A stretch of DNA of 64,000 bases. Source: a virus. The stretch is taken from IMG/VR virus record IMGVR_UViG_3300021597_000002, positions 1 through 64,000 of that record; one strand, given 5' to 3'. The translations under genes were made by a program, and so were the position numbers. Shown here piece by piece: positions 1 to 10,011 of this stretch (position 1 is its first letter; the number at the start of each line of letters is the position of its first letter). The notes under the pieces were generated by a model. That model had not been told where the DNA came from, did not search any database, and saw nothing but the letters and a program-made list of their open reading frames with translations.

Positions 1-278
1 CACTCTGCAAACCACTTGTGGATCCGCTCATCATCATGATCTCTAACAGTCATTGAGATAGAGACAGGCATAACGCCAGTAGGAAACTGCAGTTGGTTTA
101 CGCCCACCTTGACAGGTTCATATTCCAACTCGATAGGTCCGTAGGTCACGTCCTTAATGAAAATTTCAAAATCTAGCGGTTGCTCTTCGATTTCTAGGCG
201 AAATTGCCATTGATGCTGGAAATAGGTGTGAACCATCTTTTTAACCAGCAACTTCTCACGATTGAAATCAGCTGCCAT
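1..278 (-). CDS. Tail tube-family protein (P1 Tub-like), truncated by the window edge
   Basis: Not in the ORF track; read manually from ATG at 278: MAADFNREKLLVKKMVHTYFQHQWQFRLEIEEQPLDFEIFIKDVTYGP... Tube-like pattern and position after the PmgC-like gene, as in P1. Confidence 0.6.
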   Translation of the reverse strand, partial: MAADFNREKLLVKKMVHTYFQHQWQFRLEIEEQPLDFEIFIKDVTYGPIELEYEPVKVGVNQLQFPTGVMPVSISMTVRDHDDERIHKWFAE

Positions 279-624
279 CAGCTGCTCCCGTGATATGGTT
301 GTTCACCACGTCGTACATCTGTCGAATCAGAGGATAAGGCATGTTGTGGTGACGATTAGCCATAAAGAACTGGCGTAATGACTCAGAGAGCGCGTAACGC
401 CCTTTAGGCTCGTTCTCAGTCGCTTTTTGGGTATAGAAAGCGGTTCGTTCGCTGACTAATGTGGTCTTATCGACGGCGTAGACTCTATTCTCGTAACTTA
501 CGAGCCAAACCTGCTCGTGCTCCCCTGTCACTGTGCAAGTTAACCATTCGCCCACCAGCGGTCCCTCTGGCGTGATCTGGTAGAAATATAAGGGGGAACC
601 GATTGAAACGTCATTATGGCGCAT
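268..624 (-). CDS. Hypothetical protein (118 aa) within the tail operon
   Basis: ORF with GGAG RBS; its 3' end overlaps the start of the next gene. Confidence 0.7.
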   Translation of the reverse strand: MRHNDVSIGSPLYFYQITPEGPLVGEWLTCTVTGEHEQVWLVSYENRVYAVDKTTLVSERTAFYTQKATENEPKGRYALSESLRQFFMANRHHNMPYPLIRQMYDVVNNHITGAADGS

Positions 625-635
625 GGACCGCTCTC

Positions 636-1193
636 CTAAAGCAACATGGAAGGCATCAGCATATTGCCCGACTCTTCCATTTCTTCTTCTAATTGGCGTT
701 TACGCTCGTGCAGCTCTGATAACTGTGGCATTCCATCAAGTGGTAAGCCTGCAGCGCTACGTGAGTACTGTTCACGCTCTGTGTTAGGGATTTCGATAAG
801 GACTTTGAGATACTTTTGCAGCATCCCCGTGATATGAGCCGGCAGTTCATCACTTTCTAAGTCGTATTGACTTATGGCTTCGAGATATTGGATTTTGAAT
901 GGTGCTACGCTGTAATCCGTTGTAACAACATTAAGCGTGTCATCATCTGTTGTTATTTCATGCCATACCTGATCAACGTCATTTGTGGTCACAACGGTCA
1001 TGAAATGTGGCGGTACCGGAATACCGCCAGCTTTTTGTTGGTCCAATGTCACGGTAACTGACCGGATCACACCTGCCCTATCCTGATACTCATTAAGCGC
1101 CTGAATAAGCAGCGCTTCAAGTTTCTCTGGCTCGTCATGGTAAAGGGTTACAAACTGCCCTTTGACTCGCTCTAATAGGGCGTTTGGCGTCAT
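636..1193 (-). CDS. Head-tail adaptor, P1 PmgC-like
   Basis: N-terminus MTPxxLLExVK...ALxxYQDRAG and internal YLxVLIxIPNT resemble the P1 morphogenetic protein as recalled; synteny supports it. Confidence 0.65.
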   Translation of the reverse strand: MTPNALLERVKGQFVTLYHDEPEKLEALLIQALNEYQDRAGVIRSVTVTLDQQKAGGIPVPPHFMTVVTTNDVDQVWHEITTDDDTLNVVTTDYSVAPFKIQYLEAISQYDLESDELPAHITGMLQKYLKVLIEIPNTEREQYSRSAAGLPLDGMPQLSELHERKRQLEEEMEESGNMLMPSMLL

Positions 1194-1690
1194 CCTGCAT
1201 AGCCTCCGATGCGTTCAAACCAGTTGTATTGGAAAGTTACAGGAATACGAACAGTTCCGGTGCGATTCTCTGTATCTAGATCGGCAGGGTCTGCGGCGAT
1301 CATTACATCTTCGAGTAGATACCCCTTTTTCTCGACATCTTCACCGTCTAGAAGAACCTCAATATTGACGTACTCCTTGTTGTCCACAATCTTGGCAATG
1401 GTCTTTAGGACATCCCCACGCTTGATTTCAACAATTTGAGCAGCCATATCGCCATCACGCTTAGTTGCGCCGTATTGACGGAAGCCTTGACCATATTGAC
1501 CTTGGTCTTCCACTGGCTCACCACGCTTCTCTTCAGGCAGCTGAGCAGTACGAATCAACGCTGAGAGTTGCGGGTATTCTCGGATTGTGACAGTAAAATC
1601 CGATGCAACCGCACGCTCACCGAGTGCGACGTTTTTCTTATGGGCTTGTCGCAGTAAGTCGACGTTCCCTTTTGCATTTGGTACAGCCAT
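1190..1690 (-). CDS. Tail tube protein, P1 BplB-like
   Basis: 166 aa, tube-like C-terminal VTFQYNW; lies downstream of the sheath gene. Confidence 0.65.
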   Translation of the reverse strand: MAVPNAKGNVDLLRQAHKKNVALGERAVASDFTVTIREYPQLSALIRTAQLPEEKRGEPVEDQGQYGQGFRQYGATKRDGDMAAQIVEIKRGDVLKTIAKIVDNKEYVNIEVLLDGEDVEKKGYLLEDVMIAADPADLDTENRTGTVRIPVTFQYNWFERIGGYAG

Positions 1691-1703
1691 TGTTTAGCTC
1701 CAA

Positions 1704-2348
1704 TTAACCGTAAGTTGAAGGGATCTGAGAACGATTTAGCATAGCCTCAGATTGAATCATTAATTGAATATCAGCTTTCATCAGGTACCCATCGCGGCTG
1801 CGAGGACCATCCAACGGTGCTGACATACTTTCAATCACACAACCACTCAGCACGACATTGCGACCAATGTTGACCATGACAGAGCTAGGAACTCGACCGA
1901 CCGCATTACCATCCCCTACAGGGTTGCCGACAGGAGAGATCGCGTTGACTTCAGGAGAGAACATCCGCTCTAACTCCATAATGGCGTCTTCCACTTCAGC
2001 TTTAGGGTCAGATAACGCATACAGCGAAAGCGTTATCGGGAATGCATGAGGTTGGTTGCCCTCCCAAACCTGACGGCTTGAGAGGGTTGTGACTGACGTC
2101 ATGCCATTGGTAGCGTCGGTTACAGCACCTGTCTGTAAAACGCCACCGGCTTTACTGAATTTAGAGCCGACAGAATCGCCCTCGAAAGGGCTATTCCAGT
2201 TGGCATTCAGCTCTTTTGCGGTACCTTCCCCAATGACACCGACAACGCAGGTATTACCCTGCTTTATCCAGCATTTGAGGTATTGGCTGACTTTTGGATC
2301 ATTGTTCCCAACGGTCCTCGCCCCCGCTGATTGCCACACTTTCGCCAT
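1704..2348 (-). CDS. Tube initiator/baseplate protein, P1 PmgG-like
   Basis: P1 gene order 23-22-21-pmgG-bplB; NxNWxSPF and WEG motifs. Confidence 0.55.
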   Translation of the reverse strand: MAKVWQSAGARTVGNNDPKVSQYLKCWIKQGNTCVVGVIGEGTAKELNANWNSPFEGDSVGSKFSKAGGVLQTGAVTDATNGMTSVTTLSSRQVWEGNQPHAFPITLSLYALSDPKAEVEDAIMELERMFSPEVNAISPVGNPVGDGNAVGRVPSSVMVNIGRNVVLSGCVIESMSAPLDGPRSRDGYLMKADIQLMIQSEAMLNRSQIPSTYG

Positions 2349-3019
2349 TACATGTTACGCTGACGACGGGCTTTCATTGATTTGGCACGTTTACGTCGCG
2401 CACCTGAGTTATTTGCCTTGCGGCGAGCCTTCTTCAATGCAGCTTTCTGAGCCGAAGAGAGGCGTTTTTTCTTCAGGGGCTTTTTAATGACTTTCACCTT
2501 GCCATTACGGACCACTCGCTGAGTGGCATCGAGCACAAGCTTGGCTTTTACTGCATACTCGGTGATCAACTCATCGTCTGATTTCTCATTCTCAGATAAC
2601 TTGTCGTTCAGGTAGGTATGTAGCTTCTCACCCGCTTCTTCACTTTCGCTGTCAATAAAGCTTTCAACATTGGCAGCATTCGCGCCTAGTTCCACCAGCG
2701 AGTCCGCTGCCATGGTTAAGATCTCGTTGAAAAGTTCTTCTTCCGGCTCAGTAACTTCGCCGTCTTCATCCAAATCAGCAAGACCGGCAACGATAGCTTC
2801 AAAGTTTGAATAGCTGGCGTCATTGTCTTCCAGCCATGTCAGTGCTGCTGCCATTGCGTTAGCACGAATTTGCTTTTCACCTAGATCGTTACTGGCATCA
2901 TCCAGAATTTGATCAGGGATAGTGTATTCGTTGCTCTGAGGCTTCTTAACAGCTGGCATAACGCCAGCTGAATCAAACACAGGATCAGAACCACCAAATG
3001 GATAACCTGTTCCGTACAT
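2348..3019 (-). CDS. Virion protein, P1 gp21-like, with acidic body and very basic C-terminal tail
   Basis: Synteny; K/R-rich C-terminus; contains VFDSA, ILDDA and VLDAT motifs. Confidence 0.55.
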   Translation of the reverse strand: MYGTGYPFGGSDPVFDSAGVMPAVKKPQSNEYTIPDQILDDASNDLGEKQIRANAMAAALTWLEDNDASYSNFEAIVAGLADLDEDGEVTEPEEELFNEILTMAADSLVELGANAANVESFIDSESEEAGEKLHTYLNDKLSENEKSDDELITEYAVKAKLVLDATQRVVRNGKVKVIKKPLKKKRLSSAQKAALKKARRKANNSGARRKRAKSMKARRQRNM

Positions 3020-3029
3020 ATTTACTCCA

Positions 3030-4583
3030 TTACGCCATTAAGCGAGGTTGAATTGCGATACGACGCGCCACACCGGTTTGAGCGTAGGCAACTTCAATGT
3101 GCCAGTAATCAATCTCAACTTGTTTCAGTGTGATACGGTAAGGGTTTTTGCCGTCTTTATTCGGATTGCGAGGCTCAACGAACGCGCCGGCTTCATAGCG
3201 CTTTTTACAGATCTTATCTGCAAGCTCTTGCAAGTTCTCCAACACAAAACCATCAGGCTCGAATTGAACCACGGCAGCGGCTTGCAAAAACTCATGACAA
3301 AGGTCATTGAGAATTGCCGTTGTGTGCTCAAAGCGAAGATAGTTGTTCTTGTGCCAGATATTCAGACAGTCATTAATCACCTTGCCTTTTGCGACAGGGT
3401 TAATGCGAGCTTTGACCAGCTCAGTTGGTTGCAGCTTGCCTGTTAGATGAAGTGGCTCAATACCACGACGATTGATTGTGCCGCGTTTTTCGCCGGCTGC
3501 GGTAAAGTGCGCACCTTTGACTGCAGCGTGACCTGTTGGCGTTGCAAAGCACTTGGCTTTTGCAGCGGTAGCCGCACCTGATAAGCCCCATACACTCTTA
3601 CCGCCGTACCATTCGTCGGTAGCTTTGTATGGATAGTGGAAACAAGACGCTTGATAAGACTCAAGGTTTGCATCTGCCAGCCACTGCTTAGCTGCAACTT
3701 CTGTTAACCATGGCGGCACATCGAAGCGGAATTGCGCCAGACGACCATCAGCAATGGTGATCATGTGAGCAATCGCTGCTGGCTCGTAGTTACCCGCTGC
3801 AAAACACAGATTGAAGTCAATATCATCTGTCTTTAGCAAGTCCCACGCTGCTTTCCAGTTATCCAGTGTTGGATCGCCGCCATTGGTACCACCTTCAAAG
3901 GCTTCTTCGCTGGCTTTAACAACAGAGAAGTCCACGGTAGTAGCGATTTCTGCACGGAAACGAGACGCACGCTCTTCCAATACGTTTGGCAGATAAGCCG
4001 TGAGACCTGAATCGTCCACATCATCCACACTCACGCCTACAACGTAGCTTTCGCCTTGAATGGATTGCCACTCGCCACTGATTTGCTCTTGGAACGAGAG
4101 AGTGAATCGTTCAGTCGCTGAATCGACGTCACTGATCGCCATGCGGCGCTTAGTTGATGGGTCGCCATCTACAGGGTAAACCGCTAACCAATGACCATTG
4201 GCGAGACTTAATGAGGTGCCGTAAGCATGTGATGATTTCACCGCCGCACCTTCTGCCGCTGTTGGTAGCGCAATAGATGGGTATTTCGCATCATCCGCTA
4301 CAACACGGATAACGTGACAGTACTGAAGATCATCAAGTGCATCTTTCAGCTGGCGTAAACCTTCTGCTTTTGTGCCTTGATTCATTGGCAGTGGGCGACC
4401 AAGTAGATCTTCCCAGTCTTCTGCCGTTGCAGTGATGACTTTACCTACTGGTCCTTTTGGTGCAATAACAACACACGCACCTACTGCGACATCGCCGCCA
4501 CCAGTGGTGTAGTTGTTATCAATTGGCGGCAGAACGGCAATACCCGCCGCCTCGGTAATAAATTGGCTGATCATTCCAGACAT
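3030..4583 (-). CDS. Contractile tail sheath protein (P1 gp22-like)
   Basis: 517 aa; KGPVG N-terminal motif, FEGGTNG, RINPV and C-terminal ARRIAI typical of sheath proteins. Confidence 0.85.
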   Translation of the reverse strand: MSGMISQFITEAAGIAVLPPIDNNYTTGGGDVAVGACVVIAPKGPVGKVITATAEDWEDLLGRPLPMNQGTKAEGLRQLKDALDDLQYCHVIRVVADDAKYPSIALPTAAEGAAVKSSHAYGTSLSLANGHWLAVYPVDGDPSTKRRMAISDVDSATERFTLSFQEQISGEWQSIQGESYVVGVSVDDVDDSGLTAYLPNVLEERASRFRAEIATTVDFSVVKASEEAFEGGTNGGDPTLDNWKAAWDLLKTDDIDFNLCFAAGNYEPAAIAHMITIADGRLAQFRFDVPPWLTEVAAKQWLADANLESYQASCFHYPYKATDEWYGGKSVWGLSGAATAAKAKCFATPTGHAAVKGAHFTAAGEKRGTINRRGIEPLHLTGKLQPTELVKARINPVAKGKVINDCLNIWHKNNYLRFEHTTAILNDLCHEFLQAAAVVQFEPDGFVLENLQELADKICKKRYEAGAFVEPRNPNKDGKNPYRITLKQVEIDYWHIEVAYAQTGVARRIAIQPRLMA

Positions 4584-4589
4584 GCTGAA

Positions 4590-5057
4590 TTACTCCGCTT
4601 TAAGTTTGATTTCCACCCACGGCTTATTAGCAAGAGCGGTTTGAATAGCGACCAGCTCTTCTTTGTCTGTCGTGATTGGTAGATCTTTGCAATGCCCGTC
4701 GATAGCCAGAACGCTACCGTCAGCACGCAAGATTTCGTGACCAGATACGCTGTTGTTAGTCAGCAAGACGTGAAGCGTCGTCTCTTCTTCCGGTTCAACC
4801 TGCTCAGTGCCTGTGTCGGTATTGCCGTCTGATTGAGTACCTGTGTCGCTGTCGTCACCGTCAGTATCTTTTTTATCGCCAGTGCTTTCCGTACCAGTGG
4901 AATCACCAGCACCTACATCACCTGCACCTGTGGTTTCAGTGTCGTCAGTTACAACAACTTCAGTCTCTGTTGTTTTATCGCCAGTGCTTTCAGTACCTTT
5001 GTTATCTGTTGCTGACTTACGAGTACGGGTGTTTGCTTTTGTGGTTGCCATGGACAA
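4590..5057 (-). CDS. Low-complexity acidic T/D/G-rich protein between capsid and sheath genes
   Basis: ORF with RBS; internal repeat GTESTGDK twice; small C-terminal beta-rich domain. Confidence 0.7.
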   Translation of the reverse strand: MSMATTKANTRTRKSATDNKGTESTGDKTTETEVVVTDDTETTGAGDVGAGDSTGTESTGDKKDTDGDDSDTGTQSDGNTDTGTEQVEPEEETTLHVLLTNNSVSGHEILRADGSVLAIDGHCKDLPITTDKEELVAIQTALANKPWVEIKLKAE

Positions 5058-5114
5058 ATTCCTGCTTAGTTAAATGACATAGGCGCCGCTACAAAGCAGC
5101 GCCCAGTGGAGCAA

Positions 5115-6716
5115 TTACGCTTTAGGGATAACGCGCAACCACATGAACCAGTCACGACCGTTGTGAGGGTGAAGGTCACGATATGCCAGCTCATAGAGCG
5201 TGTTTTCGTGCTTCAGGTTGCGACCGATGCTGTGTGCGTAGTTGATTGCAGAAATTGCATCACCCGCCACATAACCTGCATCACCGTGTTCACGACCTTT
5301 CGCATAACACAGGATTTTCCATGGGTCAGGCATGTGAGGGTCTTCTTTGAACTTGTAGCCAAAGACGGTACCGACATAATGCGGTTGTGGTAGCTGGCGA
5401 TAGTTAGGCGCATATACCATGTGTGGCGCACCTAGCGACTTGAGCACACGAGACGCTTCACGACCTGCAACCAGACCAACCAGACCGCTACGTTTCGTGC
5501 GGTTCATCAGCTCAGTTGAGATTGCCAACAAAATGGTTTGAATCATTTCGTAGTGTTGGCGGTAAGACAGACCAGACGGAATAGTAAGATCAAACGTCTT
5601 CTCACCTTTTGCGTAGAAATAGATATCGTTTAGGCGTTTGCGGTCTTTGTCCGCAGCCATTAGGTTACGGGCTGTTGCCAGCTGCATACCTGCGATATCA
5701 ATGTTGTATTCACGCTTACCAGTGAACTGAGACTGAATCGAGTTAGAGCTAACCAGCGCCGATTCGTGCGGGAACAGTTCATAGCTGACCATTTCGTGTT
5801 CAACGGTCGGGATAAGTGACGGGTCTTTCTCGATCGAGATATCCGCAATGGTGTGGATCTCAATACCGGTCTTAGGTGCTTTCGAGAATTTCAAAGCAAT
5901 CACACCAGTTTGATAATTCACTGTGCCCGTAAATGTTACCGTGTCACTGTCTGCGTCAACGAACTTACCGAAGATGCCGCCTTTACCGTCATCACCGCCT
6001 ACTGGCATACGATCAACAAGAATGCGCACTTTACCTTTGACGAACGGCATAGTTTTAGAAACCGATGCAATATCAAAGTTAAAGTTCACTTCGGTACCAT
6101 CGCCGTTACCAATCAGGTGACGTTGGTCCATAGACGAATATTGACCGTTAAAATCAACGTCAATCAGGTCGCCTTCGGTTAGATCACCAAATGTAGAGCC
6201 AGCAACACGGTTGATACGGAAGATTTCAGACTTGTTATAGTTCGCAGGGATGTGCGTCACCATATCATTGGTGATCATCATCAGTTGAACTGGCACAACC
6301 AGAGCAACCATACGGTTACGTTGGATAATGCCTTCCGATGCACTCATAGAGCCATCACCTGCGCTATCGAGAATAGCTTTTAAGTGAGGGTTGTCTGTGT
6401 TCGGGTCCAGCATGTTTGAAATGCTGTTGTGCATTGACGACATCAGTTCTGCAGACGGCATTTCACCGTGCATTGCATGGTAGTGACGAACAGCATTCGC
6501 CGCAGAACCTGCAATCATGCTCGACATTTCGCCTGCATTATCGAAGATGGAGCCGTTAAGGCTTTGAACAATAGCTTCGTTGCGAGCTGCACTGTCGGTG
6601 ATGATCTCACCGTTCTCCATTTGAGGATGGATAATGTGCTGCGCAAGCTGTGAAGCATTGTCGTTGATTTTAGCGACCTGTTCGCGGTACGCCTGTTCTG
6701 TGCTAGGAGTTCCCAT
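5115..6716 (-). CDS. Major capsid protein (P1 gp23-like)
   Basis: About 533 aa from ATG 6716 (RBS AAGGAAG; alternative start 6764); first gene of the head/sheath operon; size and synteny match P1 gene 23. Confidence 0.8.
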   Translation of the reverse strand: MGTPSTEQAYREQVAKINDNASQLAQHIIHPQMENGEIITDSAARNEAIVQSLNGSIFDNAGEMSSMIAGSAANAVRHYHAMHGEMPSAELMSSMHNSISNMLDPNTDNPHLKAILDSAGDGSMSASEGIIQRNRMVALVVPVQLMMITNDMVTHIPANYNKSEIFRINRVAGSTFGDLTEGDLIDVDFNGQYSSMDQRHLIGNGDGTEVNFNFDIASVSKTMPFVKGKVRILVDRMPVGGDDGKGGIFGKFVDADSDTVTFTGTVNYQTGVIALKFSKAPKTGIEIHTIADISIEKDPSLIPTVEHEMVSYELFPHESALVSSNSIQSQFTGKREYNIDIAGMQLATARNLMAADKDRKRLNDIYFYAKGEKTFDLTIPSGLSYRQHYEMIQTILLAISTELMNRTKRSGLVGLVAGREASRVLKSLGAPHMVYAPNYRQLPQPHYVGTVFGYKFKEDPHMPDPWKILCYAKGREHGDAGYVAGDAISAINYAHSIGRNLKHENTLYELAYRDLHPHNGRDWFMWLRVIPKA

Positions 6717-6779
6717 TGTCTCTTCCTTATTGGACTTGCGCACCGGCTTTGGTGCTTCAAACATGGTTTTTCAGCGAAG

Positions 6780-6824
6780 AGGCTAACAAGAGCGCTAATA
6801 CCCAGCATCAACACAAAAATTTTA
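6780..6824 (-). promoter_or_regulatory. Candidate activator-dependent promoter of the capsid operon
   Basis: Box 6809-6824 (TAAAA-N6-TGTTG on the minus strand), 23 nt, then TAGCCT. Confidence 0.6.
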
Positions 6825-6969
6825 GTTTTCAGGAGAGGGATAATCAGCGCCTCTAATTGACACAACCGATTTTTAGCAAGTAGGGAAACCGCAAAACAAA
6901 AGGGCGCAATTCCTAGAATTACCCCCTTATTGACATAACGAGATTATATTTAATTTAAAGCAATGGGAT

Positions 6970-7179
6970 TTATTTGATTTTCGCCATTTCCCCACCGTAT
7001 GAGCCACCGCCTTTTACTTCCACTTCTGACTCGCTCACAATGGTGTCGATAATGCCTTTACTGACAGCTGTCCAAAACTTAGCGCCTACCGCCTCTTGTG
7101 CTCGTGGTTTAAATCCTGCAGCTTCTAAGGCGTCCATGATGTTTTCCGCCATGATGGACTCTTGCCCTTTCAATGCCAT
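6970..7179 (-). CDS. Small hypothetical protein (69 aa) after the spike gene
   Basis: ATG 7179 with AGGAG RBS, immediately after the spike gene stop; the longer 7326 start overlaps that gene. Confidence 0.65.
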   Translation of the reverse strand: MALKGQESIMAENIMDALEAAGFKPRAQEAVGAKFWTAVSKGIIDTIVSESEVEVKGGGSYGGEMAKIK

Positions 7180-7180
7180 G

Positions 7181-7951
7181 CTAATCTCCTGTAAATACGG
7201 TTTGTGAGCCTTGCCCGTGCGGTACACCGAGAATAATGCACGAGTCACACGCTCTGAATGTGTTCTGATCGCCCTTGCCTTGGTTGAAGTGAACGCTTTT
7301 CGCATCGACATGAGCGCTACCTTCAACCTTTATCTTCCAGAATCCGCCAACACTTTCATTCAGGTTGGTTCCTGCATGGTTTTCCATGGCTCCTGTGGTT
7401 GAGTGATGGCTATCGCCTTCAACGTGCAAAATGGAGTTACCCCGAGCATCAAACTCAAAAGCGGTCCCTGTCGGCATGTGGGTTACGCGATACACGCTGT
7501 CCTTTTCCACCTCGAACATCATGCCGTGCAAGATATACACTTTGCTTTCGTGATAACCCTGTGGTGATGGCTTTGACTCTTTATGGCTGCGCTTATGCTG
7601 GTAACGCCCCTCTCCTTCAAACGCTTCAGGCGGGAGGTTCGGAATACCATCAGGGTTATGATGCACTGAGCCAGTAATGCGAGGTCTGCGAGTGTCTTTC
7701 TTGCCGTGTGTGTAATACGGGAAGTCTACCCAAACCAGATCGCCAGTTTGAACCGGCGTAAAGTCACCTTGCCCAATACGAGCACCGATTGGTAGTTTAT
7801 ATGTCGCCCACGGCAGTTTGTCGTCTGGCACGTCATCAAAAACACCAAACACACGCACCTGTACGCGCATTTGTTTATCTGGGTCCTGCACACTAACCAC
7901 CACGGCTTCTAGCTCTGGGCGTTGTAGCAGGAGATCGGCTGGATTGTCCAT
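7181..7951 (-). CDS. Baseplate central spike (P1 gp5 / gpV-like)
   Basis: OB-fold motif DPDKQMRVQVRV...LPWA...P..GDLVWVDF; beta-repeat C-terminus ending in a Cys/His tip. Confidence 0.85.
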   Translation of the reverse strand: MDNPADLLLQRPELEAVVVSVQDPDKQMRVQVRVFGVFDDVPDDKLPWATYKLPIGARIGQGDFTPVQTGDLVWVDFPYYTHGKKDTRRPRITGSVHHNPDGIPNLPPEAFEGEGRYQHKRSHKESKPSPQGYHESKVYILHGMMFEVEKDSVYRVTHMPTGTAFEFDARGNSILHVEGDSHHSTTGAMENHAGTNLNESVGGFWKIKVEGSAHVDAKSVHFNQGKGDQNTFRACDSCIILGVPHGQGSQTVFTGD

Positions 7952-7973
7952 TGAATACCCTTTAAATACTTAA

Positions 7974-8972
7974 TTAGTGTTTATCTAGTATCCCTTTGAT
8001 ACGGTTGTAATACTTTTTACCTTTGTAACTATGCGCAGCGAGACCAATCACAATCAGTGTTGGCAGGCTCTCATCTATCGGTCTTTCGAGATCTGAACGG
8101 TTCCAGACAATCTCTATTACATCCCCAGCTCTTAAACCGCCATTTCCAAGCATATAAGCGTCCAATACAGGGATAGGGATCTTACTGAGGTTATCCAATA
8201 CAAACTTGCTGGTTACGCCTGAGTGCTCAATAGGCGCTGCCGAGTACTTGCCGGAATACACCATGCCTTTCTTGTCATCCCAACCCACGAAACGACGCTG
8301 TATCAGATCTTCAATCAATGAGCTGTCATTGGGTAAGGTGTACTGCGCAATCTGGTATTGCTGGCGAGTGTCGTTGTAGTGGTAAAGGTACGTTGGTGCT
8401 CGTTCCTGCAGCTCTTTTAAGGTGCGAAATACCAGTGTGCCGCGACGGATAAACACCAATGCGCCCAGCTCTTTTGCCATTTGTCTGATCAAACGTGACG
8501 GACGCTGCGCCGGTAATAAGTGGAAATCCAGCCTTATAGGAAACGTACCTACATCTAAGGGCAGATCAGGCACAAGCTGACGTAACACCTTGCTTACTGG
8601 CTCTTTAACGAAAAATCGGGCGTTAGGGGATGGCTGCTTTAGATCATGGAGCGACTTTAAAAGCAGGTTAAAGGTAATGGTACCGCCCTCACTGGCTGGC
8701 ATTGTCATGACTACCCAATCCGTTTCCCAGTTAAGTGCATCTTGATTAACCGGATCGGACAGCACCACGGTAAACACCGCTCTTTCTTTGATGGCTAGGT
8801 CATCACGTAAGAACTGTTCTTTGTCGTCGTACTCAATTATGAGCTTAGGACCGTCTAACGTTGTGGTTTCAACGAACGTCGCTTCGATAAGAAAGGAGAG
8901 ATCTAATTCTTCGCGATGATCGTCACCATGATAGACAATGGACTGGACTAATTGGTGTTCATGCCTGCTCAC
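7974..8972 (-). CDS. Baseplate hub (P1 gp6-like)
   Basis: 332 aa, adjacent to the spike gene; P1 order 5-6-24-7-25-26. Confidence 0.7.
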   Translation of the reverse strand: MSRHEHQLVQSIVYHGDDHREELDLSFLIEATFVETTTLDGPKLIIEYDDKEQFLRDDLAIKERAVFTVVLSDPVNQDALNWETDWVVMTMPASEGGTITFNLLLKSLHDLKQPSPNARFFVKEPVSKVLRQLVPDLPLDVGTFPIRLDFHLLPAQRPSRLIRQMAKELGALVFIRRGTLVFRTLKELQERAPTYLYHYNDTRQQYQIAQYTLPNDSSLIEDLIQRRFVGWDDKKGMVYSGKYSAAPIEHSGVTSKFVLDNLSKIPIPVLDAYMLGNGGLRAGDVIEIVWNRSDLERPIDESLPTLIVIGLAAHSYKGKKYYNRIKGILDKH

Positions 8973-9700
8973 ACAAACACCTCTTCAAGCGGTCTGAACT
9001 CTACCATCCAACGGATAGGGCTAATGTGTCCTACACCTTTGCCATACAAGATGGGCGCATTCACTGTGTGCTCAACGTCAACAGCATAAAGACGACCATC
9101 CGCATAGTTGTGGCTTAGATTATTGGCTTCAATTGTCTGAGAGTCTTCTATGGTGATGGGGAGGTCGATATCTTCACCAAATAGCGAATAGGTGACATTG
9201 AAACGATGCCCACCAGCACGGCGACGAGCAATATGCATGTGCCAAGCCAAAACCAAGCGCTCTACTGACGCCTTATCGTTTGCCATAAATACAATACGAT
9301 AAGTCAGTTCAAGGTAGCTGATACTGATATTGGTCTTTTTGAGTAGTGCATCATCCCAACCTGTCACGCTCTCTACGAACTGAGCATATTCAGCGGAAGC
9401 GCTACGAAAGCCAATAGGGCGGTAGTAGTTGATGAGCGGCAGTCGTGCTGCATTAAATTTACGTTCGCCGTCGCTACCCGTTTGTTTTTGGAACTGGCGG
9501 ATAGCCTGAATAAAGGCTTTAGGTGAGTCGTAATCCCCACGAAACACTTGCTGCTTAGAGTCTCGTTGCAGAAAGGCTTTTACATGGTGCGGACAGCTAT
9601 CAGGCTCTAGCTCAGCCAATGCGTCAACAATGTGACCACCAAAGGCTACATCGACTGGATAAAAGTCGGTAATGTCGTTCTTTTCAGTAATCTCGGTCAT
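8969..9700 (-). CDS. Tail terminator/completion protein (P1 gp24-like)
   Basis: Synteny and size; LPxINYYR motif. Confidence 0.6.
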   Translation of the reverse strand: MTEITEKNDITDFYPVDVAFGGHIVDALAELEPDSCPHHVKAFLQRDSKQQVFRGDYDSPKAFIQAIRQFQKQTGSDGERKFNAARLPLINYYRPIGFRSASAEYAQFVESVTGWDDALLKKTNISISYLELTYRIVFMANDKASVERLVLAWHMHIARRRAGGHRFNVTYSLFGEDIDLPITIEDSQTIEANNLSHNYADGRLYAVDVEHTVNAPILYGKGVGHISPIRWMVEFRPLEEVFV

Positions 9701-9712
9701 GGTACTACCCAA

Positions 9713-9775
9713 TAAAAAAGGGATAGCACAACGCTACCCCTTTTCTATTTCGAGATCCCTTACAGGGAAATGTTA
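9713..9775 (-). promoter_or_regulatory. Intrinsic terminator overlapped by a candidate activator-dependent promoter
   Basis: Hairpin AGGGGTAGC-GTTGT-GCTATCCCT plus T-run; box 9760-9775 (TAACA-N6-TGTAA), 23 nt, then TAGCGT. Confidence 0.5.
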
Positions 9776-10003
9776 GACGGTTGGTTTTTCAGGCCAAACC
9801 ACAGCATCAGGATCGTCACCATTTTGTGGTATATCTCGCAGTGCTTGGCGGTAAGTAACAAATTCTGCTTTTTTATCATCGGACAACGGACTATCTAACG
9901 TTTGGGTCCAATCTGTCAGAGAAATAAGGCGGTCACGTTGAGTGCGTATAGCAGCCCATTGCATTTTTCTTATCTCTTCTAGAGGAATATCTACAGGTTC
10001 CAT
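9773..10003 (-). CDS. Tail fibre assembly chaperone-like protein
   Basis: IRxxRDxLIxxTDWTQxxDSPL...YRQALRDIPQ...VVWPEKP signature. Confidence 0.85.
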   Translation of the reverse strand: MEPVDIPLEEIRKMQWAAIRTQRDRLISLTDWTQTLDSPLSDDKKAEFVTYRQALRDIPQNGDDPDAVVWPEKPTV

Positions 10004-10011
10004 TTTTCACC

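Noticed and set aside
6935-6950. Shared ATAACGAGAWTATA motif with about 25340
   Set aside because: Only two AT-rich copies; cannot be distinguished from chance by eye.
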